A stretch of DNA of 64,000 nt from an uncultured Actinomycetes bacterium (GTDB lineage: Bacteria; Actinomycetota; Acidimicrobiia; IMCC26256; DASPTH01). The stretch is taken from contig CAVRGS010000001.1 in assembly GCA_963720765.1 (NCBI GenBank), forward strand, positions 42,281 through 106,280, read 5' to 3'. A program made the position numbers and the translations under genes. Below, in pieces: positions 56,074 through 64,000 of the stretch. Positions within the stretch are counted from its first letter, which is position 1; every line of letters starts with the position of its first letter. Under the pieces are notes generated by a model. That model searched no databases and was not told the DNA's origin. It was given only the letters and a program-made list of their open reading frames with translations.

Positions 56074-57637
56074 CGCACGACCTCGGTGCGTGAGCGCATC
56101 CAGAGCGACGCCGCGACCGCGAGCAGGAGCGGTACGAACGCGAACGTGAGGGTCGAGCCGATCGCGGCACCGCCGTCGGCCGACGTGTTGTCGCCCACCG
56201 CGAGCGGCACGAACGCGGCGATGACGAGCAACGGTCCGAGCACCTGTCGGAGCACCAGCCACAGGGTGGTGAGCTCCGGGAACCCGAAGTCGAGGTAGAG
56301 CGTCGGCGGGGGTGCGCCCATCACCACGGACAGGCCCGCGCCGGCGACACCGGCGAGGGTGGCGGGCACGACCGTGATCGCGGCGAGCGCCAACGCGTCG
56401 CCGCTCCCGGTGATGGCGCCGATGGCGAGTGCGGCCACGACCGCGAAGCCGAACAGCACGACCGCGGGTGCGAGGAGGTGCGAGAGCACGAGCTCGCCCC
56501 AGAACACGGGGTACTGGCCGGGACGCTCCGGATGGTCGGTCTCCTGCGCCAGGCCCTCGACCGCGTCGACACCCAGGAGGAAGAGCGCGATGCCGGCGAG
56601 GAGCACCAGCGCATCGACACCGTGCCAGAGGCCGACGCCGGCGAGCGCGACGACCACCGCCCACACGACCACCGCCCGCGCACACGGCTCAGCGGCCAGC
56701 GCGCCAGCCCGCGCCAGTCGCGCTGCCACGCGGGTCCGCCGTGGGTGGCCCGGGCGCGCCACCACGGCGTGGTCCGCGGCAGCTCCTGCGCGAGCTCGCG
56801 GTGGAGGACGATCACGGAGCGCATGTCCTGGAGCGTGGCCGCGAACCGCAGCTCGCCCACGAGGCGGGCCCGGTCGCGCAGCTGCTCGAGCGACGTGTGG
56901 CCGACCCGGGCCACGCCGATGCCCACGAGTCCGAGGGGCACCACGATCCCGACGATCGCCAACGCCGACCACGTGAGTGGCAACAACGCCACCCGACCGA
57001 CCTGCGCGGTGGGTGAGGTGGCGTGACCGGTCACCACGTCGACCGCGGCCCACACCACGATGACTGCGCCGACGACGTTGGCAGCACGTGCCTGCAGGCG
57101 CAGACTCGACGCGACCAGCGCCGATCCCCAGACCGCCAGTGATGCGAGCACGCCGAACGCGGCGCCGGCGAGGAGCCACTCGACGCGCTCACCGCCGAGT
57201 GGACTGGACGCGATGCTGCCGGCGACCGCGCCGGCCACCGCGGGAACGAGGACCACGCCGCGGAGCTGGCGGACCGCGAGCGGGCGCAGCACGTCGCGGC
57301 GCGGCACGGGTGCGAGGAGGAGGAAGGTCACGTCGGCGGATTCGGGGGCGAGCGGCCCGCCGTGCGCGCCGGACCGCAGGCCCAGGAGCACCAGCACCGC
57401 GACCGCCAGCCCGAGGATGGCGACGCCGTGCTGTTCGACGTCGTGGAGCGCCGCGACGTCGAAGTCGGCGCCGAGGGCGACGCTGCCGTAGAACAGCCCG
57501 AGCGCGGCGAGGATGCCGACCACGTAGGCCTTGTAGAGCGAGTCGACCCAGTCACCCTCGCGCAGGTAGTGGCGGCGACGCGCCTGACGGAGCTCGCGGA
57601 GCGTCCGCTCGGGCGTCGGAGTCGTCGTCGGGGTCAT
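56070..57637 (-). pseudogene. large polytopic membrane protein (ABC permease partner) with a frame change near 56690-56715
   Basis: The N-terminal ~310 aa are in ORF 56321..57637 (RRRHYLREGDWVDSLYKAYVVGILAALG...QRDWRGLARWPL). The C-terminal ~200 aa hydrophobic region (RAVVVWAVVVALAGVGLWHG...) is in ORF 56070..57179. Confidence 0.6.
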
Positions 57638-57695
57638 CGCCGCGCTGCCACGCGCGCAGCATACGAGCGATGGCGATCAGTTCACACGCCCAGGA

Positions 57696-58619
57696 TCATG
57701 CGCCCGGCAGCACGCCTCCGGCGGCGACCCAGCGCGCCACGACGTCCTCGGCCTCGCGCGGGTTGTACACGTCTTCTTCGAAGCTCCACTTCCCGTTGCC
57801 GGCGTAGTGGAGGATCGTGTTCACGTCGAAGCCGTAGTAGCCGTCGTCGCCCTCGGGTGCGGGCAAAATGTTCGGGATCAACGCGCTGACGCGGTTGCCG
57901 TCGATGAGCGCGTACGACGGTGGGAACTCCATGGTCGGGAACGGCTGCATCACCGAGTTGATCCACTCGCGGATCTGCTCACCCGACGTGTAGTAGCCGT
58001 AATGGTGCTCGCGGTAGTGGGCATCGTCGGTGAACTGCGCCGCCCACTGGTCCCAGTCGCCGCTCTCGACCGCGAGGGCAGCACGCGCGCGGTACTTCTC
58101 GAACTCGGCCTCGACCTCTTCCCGTGGGAACGCGGGCGTGGGCGGTTCGGGGTTCCAACCGTCGATGCCGCGCAGCGACCGGTCCTGGGGCGTGTCACGC
58201 TTGCCGCCGTCGGTGAGCCACTCGGTGAACACACGCTCGGCGTCGGCCGGGTTGTAGTAGTCGGCCTCGAACGAGAACTTCCCGTTGCCGCCGTACTGCA
58301 GGAAGGTCGTGTTGGGGAACGCGTAGCGCTTCCCGGTGCCGGCGGGATCCGGCAGGTTGTTCCAGATGTAGAAGCCGATGCGGTCGCCGTCGACGATCGA
58401 CCACTCGATCCAGAGGGTCATCGCCGCGTACTCCTGCATCACGTCGACGATGAACTTGGAGATCGCGGGCTTGCCCTCGAACACGCCGAGGAAGTGCTCC
58501 TCGTAGCGAGCGTCGTCGGTGAACATGTCGGCCCAGCCCGGCCAGTCGTGCTCGCCGACGCCGCGCCTCTGGTACTCGGCCCAAGCGGCTTCGATCTCTT
58601 CGCGTGGGTAGTTGGCCAT
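57696..58619 (-). CDS. tandem SnoaL/NTF2-like domain protein
   Basis: Two homologous halves. First half: EEIEAAWAEYQRRGVGEHDWPGWADMFTDDARYEEH. Second half: EEVEAEFEKYRARAALAVESGDWDQWAAQFTDDAHYREH. Each ends in ...GNGKFSFE.DxYNP. Confidence 0.7.
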   Translation of the reverse strand: MANYPREEIEAAWAEYQRRGVGEHDWPGWADMFTDDARYEEHFLGVFEGKPAISKFIVDVMQEYAAMTLWIEWSIVDGDRIGFYIWNNLPDPAGTGKRYAFPNTTFLQYGGNGKFSFEADYYNPADAERVFTEWLTDGGKRDTPQDRSLRGIDGWNPEPPTPAFPREEVEAEFEKYRARAALAVESGDWDQWAAQFTDDAHYREHHYGYYTSGEQIREWINSVMQPFPTMEFPPSYALIDGNRVSALIPNILPAPEGDDGYYGFDVNTILHYAGNGKWSFEEDVYNPREAEDVVARWVAAGGVLPGA

Positions 58620-58636
58620 GATGTCCCCCTCGTCGT

Positions 58637-59728
58637 GTGCGGGGAGCGTACCGTGACCGGGTGGACGTCGAAGCCGCCGGACGGATCGTGAACCTGTCCA
58701 GCCCGGACAAGGTCATGTTCCCGGAGCCCGGGCTCACCAAGCTCGACGTCGTCGACTTCTACCGGCGAGTCGAAGCGCCGCTGATGACCGCGATCCGCGG
58801 GAGGCCCGTGCTCATGCAGCGCTTCCCGAACGGCGTCGACGGCTCGAACTTCTTCCAGAAGCGCGTGCCCAAGGAGCGTCCCGACTGGCTGGAGACGTCG
58901 GTCGTGAGCACGCCGAACGGCACCACGTCGGAGGCGCTGGTCGCGGCTGATCTCGCGCACATCGTGTGGGCGGTGAACCTCGGGTGTCTCGGGTTCCACG
59001 TGTGGCCCAACCTCGCGCGTGACGACGACCACGCCGACGAGCTCCGCATCGACCTCGACCCGCAGCCCGGTCTCGGGTTCGACGACGTGCGCGAGGCGGC
59101 GCGGGAGCTCAAGGGCCTGCTCGACGAGCTCGGCATCCGGGGGTGGCCGAAGACCACGGGGAACCGCGGCATCCACGTGTACACGCGCCTCGAACCGCGC
59201 TGGACCCCGATCGAGGTGCGCCGCGCCGCGGTGGCGGTGGCGCGGGAGTTGGCGCGCCGTCGACCCGAGACCATCACCGACGCGTGGTGGAAGGAAGAGC
59301 GCGGTGATCGCGTCTTCGTCGACTTCAACCAGAACGCGCCCCACAAGACGGTCTTCGGCGCGTGGTCGATCCGCGCCCGGGACGCGGCCGAGGTGTCGAC
59401 ACCGTTCGACTGGGACGAGCTCGACGACATCGACCCCGAGGCGTGCACCGCGCTCACCGTGCCCGACCGCGTCGAGTCACGCGGCGATCCGTGGGCCGAC
59501 ATCAACGACGACCTGCAGGTGCTCACGCCGTTGCTGGAGATGTACGACCGCGACATCGAATCGGGACTCGAGGACGCGCCGTGGCCGCCCGTCTACCCGA
59601 AGATGCCGGGCGAGCCTCCGCGGGTCGCGCCGAGTCGGGCGCGCAAGGACGACGACGGCAACCCCATCACGCCGCCACCGCCGAAGAAGCGCACGACGCG
59701 GCCGCGGGGCCCCAAGCGCGGCGTCTGA
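58637..59728 (+). CDS. ligD: non-homologous end-joining DNA polymerase/primase, LigD polymerase domain only
   Basis: LSSPDKVMFPEPGLTKLDVVDFY, MQRFPNG, FQKRVP, ELRIDLDP, KTTGNRGIHVY and VFVDFNQN are classic PolDom motifs, followed by a basic Pro/Lys/Arg tail. The true start may be GTG 58661. Confidence 0.85.
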   Translation: MRGAYRDRVDVEAAGRIVNLSSPDKVMFPEPGLTKLDVVDFYRRVEAPLMTAIRGRPVLMQRFPNGVDGSNFFQKRVPKERPDWLETSVVSTPNGTTSEALVAADLAHIVWAVNLGCLGFHVWPNLARDDDHADELRIDLDPQPGLGFDDVREAARELKGLLDELGIRGWPKTTGNRGIHVYTRLEPRWTPIEVRRAAVAVARELARRRPETITDAWWKEERGDRVFVDFNQNAPHKTVFGAWSIRARDAAEVSTPFDWDELDDIDPEACTALTVPDRVESRGDPWADINDDLQVLTPLLEMYDRDIESGLEDAPWPPVYPKMPGEPPRVAPSRARKDDDGNPITPPPPKKRTTRPRGPKRGV

Positions 59729-59748
59729 TTTCCGCCCCACCGTTCGTT

Positions 59749-59955
59749 GTGGCTGTGAGCCGACCGGCGGTGTCGCAACACCTGAGGGTGCTCGAGGAAG
59801 CGGGGCTGGTGGTCTCCGAGGCGCACGGCACCCGGCGCGTCTACCGCGTCGATCCGACCGGCATCGAGGTGCTGCGCGACTACCTCGACCGGTTCTGGGA
59901 CCGTGCCCTCGTCGCGTTCAAGACAGTCGTCGAAACCCCGGAGGAACCACGGTGA
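59749..59955 (+). pseudogene. ArsR/SmtB-family regulator, 5'-truncated remnant (recognition helix, wing and C-terminal helix only)
   Basis: Encodes VSRPAVSQHLRVLEEAGLVVSEAHGTRRVYRVDPTGIEVLRDYLDRFW. The N-terminal ~35-40 aa of a normal ArsR wHTH are absent in every frame, and the ligD stop lies 21 nt upstream. Confidence 0.5.
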
Positions 59956-60440
59956 CCAGCACACCCACGAGCACGAGCGTCCGATCGACGATCGTGGTCG
60001 ACGCACCGATCGAGCGCGCCTTCACCGTGTTCACCCGCGACATCGGGACCTGGTGGCCTCCGGAACACCATCTGCTCCAGGGCGAGCTGGCCGAGATGGT
60101 GTTCGAGCCTCGAGTGGGTGGTCACGTGTACGACCGCGCGACCGACGGGACCGAGTGCAAGTGGTCGCGCGTGCTCGCCTACGAACCGCCGAAGCGGGTG
60201 GTGTTCAGCTGGGACATCAGCCTGCAGTGGCAGCTCGAGCCCGATCCGAGCCGAACGTGCGAGATCGAGGTCGCCTTCTTCGCCGAGAGCCCCGAGCGCA
60301 CCCGCGTCGAGCTGGTGCACCGCCACCAGGAGCGCCATGGCGACGGGTGGGAGGGGATGGCGAGCGCGGTCGGGTCGCCGAACGGTTGGGACCTCGGCCT
60401 GCGGGCGTACGCCGAAGCGGTCAGGCCTTCCGGTCGCTGA
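59952..60440 (+). CDS. SRPBCC (Aha1/START-like) family protein
   Basis: GTGA overlap with the ArsR remnant. IVVDAPIERAFTVFTRDIGTWWP, VGGHVYD, ...WDI. This is the usual ArsR-SRPBCC pair. Confidence 0.8.
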   Translation: MTSTPTSTSVRSTIVVDAPIERAFTVFTRDIGTWWPPEHHLLQGELAEMVFEPRVGGHVYDRATDGTECKWSRVLAYEPPKRVVFSWDISLQWQLEPDPSRTCEIEVAFFAESPERTRVELVHRHQERHGDGWEGMASAVGSPNGWDLGLRAYAEAVRPSGR

Positions 60441-60720
60441 GCGCCCAGGCGGCGGCCGCGGCCACGCCGGCAACGGTGAGCACTGCCGGCCACGCGCCGA
60501 TCTTCTTGGCCAGCGGGTGCGACACCCCGAATGCGCCGAAGTACACCGCGCCGAGGATGGCCGCGTTCACGGGGCCCGCGTGCTTGCGCCACTCGCGCTC
60601 GGCGACGAAGCCGCCGAGGGTGAGCACCGCGCCGCCGAGCGGACGGATCTTGGTGGTGCGGGCGACGTAGTAGCCGCCGATCAGTGAGCCGGCGACGACG
60701 GGGGCGGTGGGCACGCGCAT
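60421..60720 (-). CDS. small hypothetical membrane protein (99 aa)
   Basis: MRVPTAPVVAGSLIGGYYVARTT...AILGAVYFGAFGVSHPLAKKIGAWPAVLTVAGVAAAAAWAL has 2-3 hydrophobic helices. It overlaps the 3' end of the SRPBCC gene by 20 nt (convergent). Confidence 0.5.
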   Translation of the reverse strand: MRVPTAPVVAGSLIGGYYVARTTKIRPLGGAVLTLGGFVAEREWRKHAGPVNAAILGAVYFGAFGVSHPLAKKIGAWPAVLTVAGVAAAAAWALSDRKA

Positions 60721-60779
60721 GGCGCGCAGGCTAACGCCCGAACGGTTCGCGACCGGTGGCCGAGGGGTAACTTCGTGCG

Positions 60780-61022
60780 ATGGCCGACTACGTGATCCCC
60801 GATCCGGAACCGAAGGAGATCGACGAGAAGCTGTCGATCGAGCTCCGCCATCTCGCTGACAACGCCGTCCTGAAGGGCCAGCCGCAGGGCGAGGAGAAGT
60901 GCGAGAACTGCCTCTACTACCTCGAGAACACCGCCGAGATCTCGTACTGCTGGCACCCGAAGCTCCGCATCCTCGTGGGTGCCGAGTGGTGGTGCCAGTG
61001 GTGGGAGGCCATCCCCGACTGA
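60780..61022 (+). CDS. HiPIP-like 4-Cys iron-sulfur protein (80 aa, no signal peptide)
   Basis: C-x2-C-x12-C-x14-C in KCENCLYYLENTAEISYCWHPKLRILVGAEWWCQWW, with the aromatic W-W-C-x-W-W context reminiscent of the GWCxxW of high-potential iron-sulfur proteins. Confidence 0.55.
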   Translation: MADYVIPDPEPKEIDEKLSIELRHLADNAVLKGQPQGEEKCENCLYYLENTAEISYCWHPKLRILVGAEWWCQWWEAIPD

Positions 61023-61034
61023 CAGAGTTCCCCC

Positions 61035-62127
61035 ATGACGGATCGAGTGCCGAAGTACAAGGTGGTCGTGTGGGGGACGGGGAACGCGGGGCGACCGGCG
61101 ATCCGGGCGGTGGCGGCACATGCCGACCTCGAGCTCGTGGGCGTGGTCGTGTCGAATCCCGCGAAGATCGGTCGCGATGCCGGTGAGCTCGCGTTCATCG
61201 AGCCGCTCGGCGTGTCGGCGACCGACGACACGAGCGTGGCGACGGGCGGGCGGCGTCGACGCGGTGGTGTACACCGCAACTGCCGACACCCGGCCCGACG
61301 AGGCCTTCGCCGACCTCGTCGCGTGCCTGGAGTCGGGGGCCAACGTGGTGTCCACCTCCTTCTATCCGTTGCTCCACCCTGCGAGCGCGCCGGCGCCGGT
61401 GACGGAGATGATCGAGCGCGCGTGCGCGAACGGCGACAGCTCGGTGTTCGTGTCGGGCATCGACCCCGGGTGGGCCCTCGACATCCTCCCGATCCTCGTG
61501 AGCGGGGTGAGTGCGGGCATCGAGGAGATCCGGGTGCAGGAGATCTTCAACTACGCGCTCTACGACGCACCCGACGTCGTGCGCGAAGTGATCGGCTTCG
61601 GCGGGCCGATGGACCAGACCCCCTTGATGCTCTTGGACATCGGGCTGGAGATGGTGTGGGCACCGATGGTGCGCATCCTCGCCGACGCGCTGGACCTCGA
61701 GCTCGAGGACATCCGCATCCACGTGGAGCGAAGAGCGCTGGAACGCACGATCGAGGTCGAGGGGATGGGCACGTTCGAGGAGGGGACGCAGGGTGCGTTC
61801 CGCTTCGAGGTGCAGGGCATCGTCGATGGCCGTCCGCTGCTGGTCATGGAGCACATCACCCGCATCGACGACGACTGCGCGCCCGAGTGGCCCGGCTCAC
61901 CCGAACCCGGTGGCGTGCACCGCGTGCGCATCACCGGGCACCCGAACCTCGACGTGACCATCCACGGCACCGAGCCGGGGGAGCCCGGCGCGGCCGGGGG
62001 CGGGAACGCCACCGCGGCCAATCGGATCGTGAACGCGATCCCGGCGGTGTGCCAAGCGCCTGCGGGGCCGGTGAGCCCGCTCGACCTCCCGCCGATCACG
62101 GGTGCCGCGCAGCTGCGGCGGCGCTGA
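61035..62127 (+). pseudogene. DapB-N-domain / NAD(P)H-dependent amine dehydrogenase-like protein with a frame change near 61240-61256
   Basis: N-terminus KYKVVVWGTGNAGRPAIRAVAAHADLELVGVVV is in ORF 61035..62261. From GGVDAVVYTATAD...VFVSGIDPGWALD... to the stop at 62127 it is in ORF 61120..62127. The switch lies in the gggcgggcggc context. Confidence 0.7.
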
Positions 62128-62131
62128 ACGA

Positions 62132-62959
62132 TCAGTCGGGGACGCGCAGGAGTCGCCGCGCGGTTCCCCCGAGAATCGCCGCCTTCTCGGCGTCGTCGAG
62201 CGAGCAGGCCTCGATCTGGGGGAGCAGGTGGCTGATGCGCTGCCCGACTGGGTGCGAGTAGAGGTCGGTGCCGAACACGACGCGCTCGGTGCCGAACCGG
62301 CGGGCGAAGTCCTCGATGAAGTCGAAGTTGTAGCTCAGGCTGGTGTCGAAGACGATGTTGGGCGCGACGTCGGCGACGAAGAAGCACTGCCGCGTCGCCT
62401 CGAACCCGCCGAACGCGTCCAAGGCGAGGATGGTGAGATCGGGCAGCTCGCGTGCGATCGACGCCAGCTTCCACAGCGCCTCCTCCGGTGTGTCGTCCAT
62501 CGCGTGGATCACCGGGACGAGACCGCGCTCACCCATGCGTTCGAGGTAGCGGATGATCCACCGGCTGTCGAGCGAGACCCCCTGGAAGCGGGTGTGGAAG
62601 CTGATCGCGACGAGCCCGAGCTCGTCGGCGATGCGATCGATCTCGGCGTACGCGGCGGGTCCGTCGCGCGGTTCGACGATGCCACACGCCACCGGGAAGC
62701 GATCGGGAGTGCGGTCGCGGTACGCGGCGATCTCGTCGTTGACGATGCGGGTGTCGGCGAGCCCGCGCGGCCGCAGGTACCCGTGGCCGGGGATCACCAT
62801 TGCCTGCCGTACGCCCCCCTCGCCCATGATCCGCAGCCGATCGGCGAGCTCGAGGGCGGCGAACTCCTCCCGCCCGTCGTCGCGCGGGTCGAGCACCCCG
62901 CCGAGTGCGTCGAACGCCCTTCCGACGTGGTGGTGCACGTCGAACACGTCATACGGCAC
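62132..62959 (-). CDS. amidohydrolase_2 family protein
   Basis: VFDVHHHVG N-terminal metal-binding motif, and VVFGTDLYSHP near the C-terminus. Confidence 0.8.
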   Translation of the reverse strand: MPYDVFDVHHHVGRAFDALGGVLDPRDDGREEFAALELADRLRIMGEGGVRQAMVIPGHGYLRPRGLADTRIVNDEIAAYRDRTPDRFPVACGIVEPRDGPAAYAEIDRIADELGLVAISFHTRFQGVSLDSRWIIRYLERMGERGLVPVIHAMDDTPEEALWKLASIARELPDLTILALDAFGGFEATRQCFFVADVAPNIVFDTSLSYNFDFIEDFARRFGTERVVFGTDLYSHPVGQRISHLLPQIEACSLDDAEKAAILGGTARRLLRVPD

Positions 62960-62962
62960 GCG

Positions 62963-63745
62963 TCACCGGACCCGTGGGCAGGCAGGCTCTGAGAGCGGTT
63001 CGCCCTCGACCAGCGACGCATGGTGCGCCTTGCGCGGCGCGCCCGGCTTGATCCGGAACCGTGCGTCATCACCCGCGTAGCGAATGGACAGTGCGCGTCG
63101 AGCGCGGTCCGACGTGCTGTTCGGGAACGCTCCGTGGATCGTGCGCGCGTGGTGCACCACGATGTCGCCCGGCACGGTGTCGAAGTGCACGAGCGCCGGG
63201 TCGTCGGCGTGATCGGGGACGTCGACGCCCTCGGTGCCGGGCAGCGACTCCGTCGTGACGAACAGGTTCGGCCGGTACGTGGTGCGATCGCGATGCGAGC
63301 CGCGCACGTAGCGCACCGCGCCGTTGTCGGCGTCGACGGGATCGAGGGGGATCCACACCGTGCACACCTGGTCGCCGTCGGCGTGGAAGTACGCGAGGTC
63401 CTGGTGGAAGACGGTGCGTTCGCGCGTGCCGGGCTCCTTCACCAGGACGCTGTCCTCGTACAGCCAGACCCGTTCGCTCCCCAGCAACTCGGCGACCAGC
63501 GCGGGCACCGGTGTGTCGCGCGCGAAGGCGAGGAACTCCGGCGAGGCGACCCAGTGATCGGTACCGGCGCGGAACTGTCCGCGCGGCGAACCGCGTTCAG
63601 GGCGCGCCTCGGCCATGGCGCTGAGGTTCACCACGAGCGGGGTGTCGACCTCGCGATCGACCGCGGCGCGCATTCGTTCGAGCCATGCGGCGTCGAGCAC
63701 GCCGCGGAGGCAGACGACCCCATCTCGTTCGAACGCGTCGTTCAA
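62963..63745 (-). CDS. phytanoyl-CoA dioxygenase (PhyH) family Fe(II)/2OG oxygenase
   Basis: [20 protein letters not shown] (HxD) and [14 protein letters not shown]. The proposed TTG start at 63745 overlaps the upstream stop as TTGA. Confidence 0.75.
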   Translation of the reverse strand: MNDAFERDGVVCLRGVLDAAWLERMRAAVDREVDTPLVVNLSAMAEARPERGSPRGQFRAGTDHWVASPEFLAFARDTPVPALVAELLGSERVWLYEDSVLVKEPGTRERTVFHQDLAYFHADGDQVCTVWIPLDPVDADNGAVRYVRGSHRDRTTYRPNLFVTTESLPGTEGVDVPDHADDPALVHFDTVPGDIVVHHARTIHGAFPNSTSDRARRALSIRYAGDDARFRIKPGAPRKAHHASLVEGEPLSEPACPRVR

Positions 63746-64000
63746 TATCCCGCGGCGCGGTCGACGACGTTCCGGAGTCCCAGCCCGTGCGTGTAACGCT
63801 CGAGGTTGTCGGCGAACAACGCGAGCAGCGTCTCGGTGTACCGGTCCTGGGCCGCCGAGCAGTGCGGGGAGATGAAGACGTTGGGCGCCGCCCACAGCGG
63901 GTCGTCGGCGGGCAGCGGCTCCTCGCGGGTGACGTCGAGGATGGCACCGGCGAGATGCCCAGACTCGAGGGCGGCGATCAGCGCAGGCTCGTCGACCAAC
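63742..64000 (-). CDS. D-isomer-specific 2-hydroxyacid dehydrogenase, C-terminal fragment (5' end beyond the window)
   Basis: [41 protein letters not shown] is the canonical C-terminal catalytic region. Confidence 0.8.
   Translation of the reverse strand, partial: LVDEPALIAALESGHLAGAILDVTREEPLPADDPLWAAPNVFISPHCSAAQDRYTETLLALFADNLERYTHGLGLRNVVDRAAGY

Overview
High-GC (about 70% by eye), densely coding, actinobacterial-type chromosomal segment. I found no rRNA, tRNA, CRISPR array, transposase, integrase or phage gene.

Layout:
- 1-13.7 kb: a fully intact alpha-glucan/trehalose locus. malQ is divergent from a seven-gene, translationally coupled string glgE-treS-mak-glgB-treZ-glgX-treY.
- 13.6-18.7 kb, minus strand: xfp (phosphoketolase), ackA, then an MFS exporter. 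xfp and ackA carry six frame disruptions between them.
- 18.8-64 kb: a mosaic of small catabolic and accessory modules with local regulators (MmyB-like XRE, TetR, AraC, truncated ArsR). Families present: VOC, SnoaL/NTF2, amidohydrolase_2, Fe(II)/2OG dioxygenases, a CoA-transferase, a nitrilase-family enzyme, serine hydrolases, a sulfotransferase trio, an SDR, an ADH and an ABC system.

Most notable observations:
1. At least 12 reading-frame breaks, concentrated in xfp-ackA and absent from the first 15 kb. This is either real gene decay or a local indel-error problem.
2. A tightly coupled five-gene operon (TPP enzyme, TauD-family dioxygenase, amidohydrolase_2, Ldh2-family dehydrogenase, crotonase) that I cannot match to a characterised pathway. 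It is convergent with an orphan solute-binding protein gene, and both 5' leaders carry the same AT-rich TGTATACnnTAT motif.
3. A stand-alone PilZ gene preceded by a 34-bp near-perfect palindrome.
4. An epimerase-sulfotransferase-DUF1214-like coupled trio.
5. An ABC ATPase and large permease coupled to a tandem-repeat alpha+beta-type protein.
6. A leaderless HiPIP-like 4-Cys protein.
7. A stand-alone LigD polymerase-domain gene abutting a 5'-truncated ArsR gene.

I found no recognisable defence or mobile system. The candidate novel items are inferences from gene order and motifs, not database hits. Gene starts are my choices from conserved N-termini, overlaps and RBS-like sequence. The ORF track uses the most upstream alternative start and is often too long.
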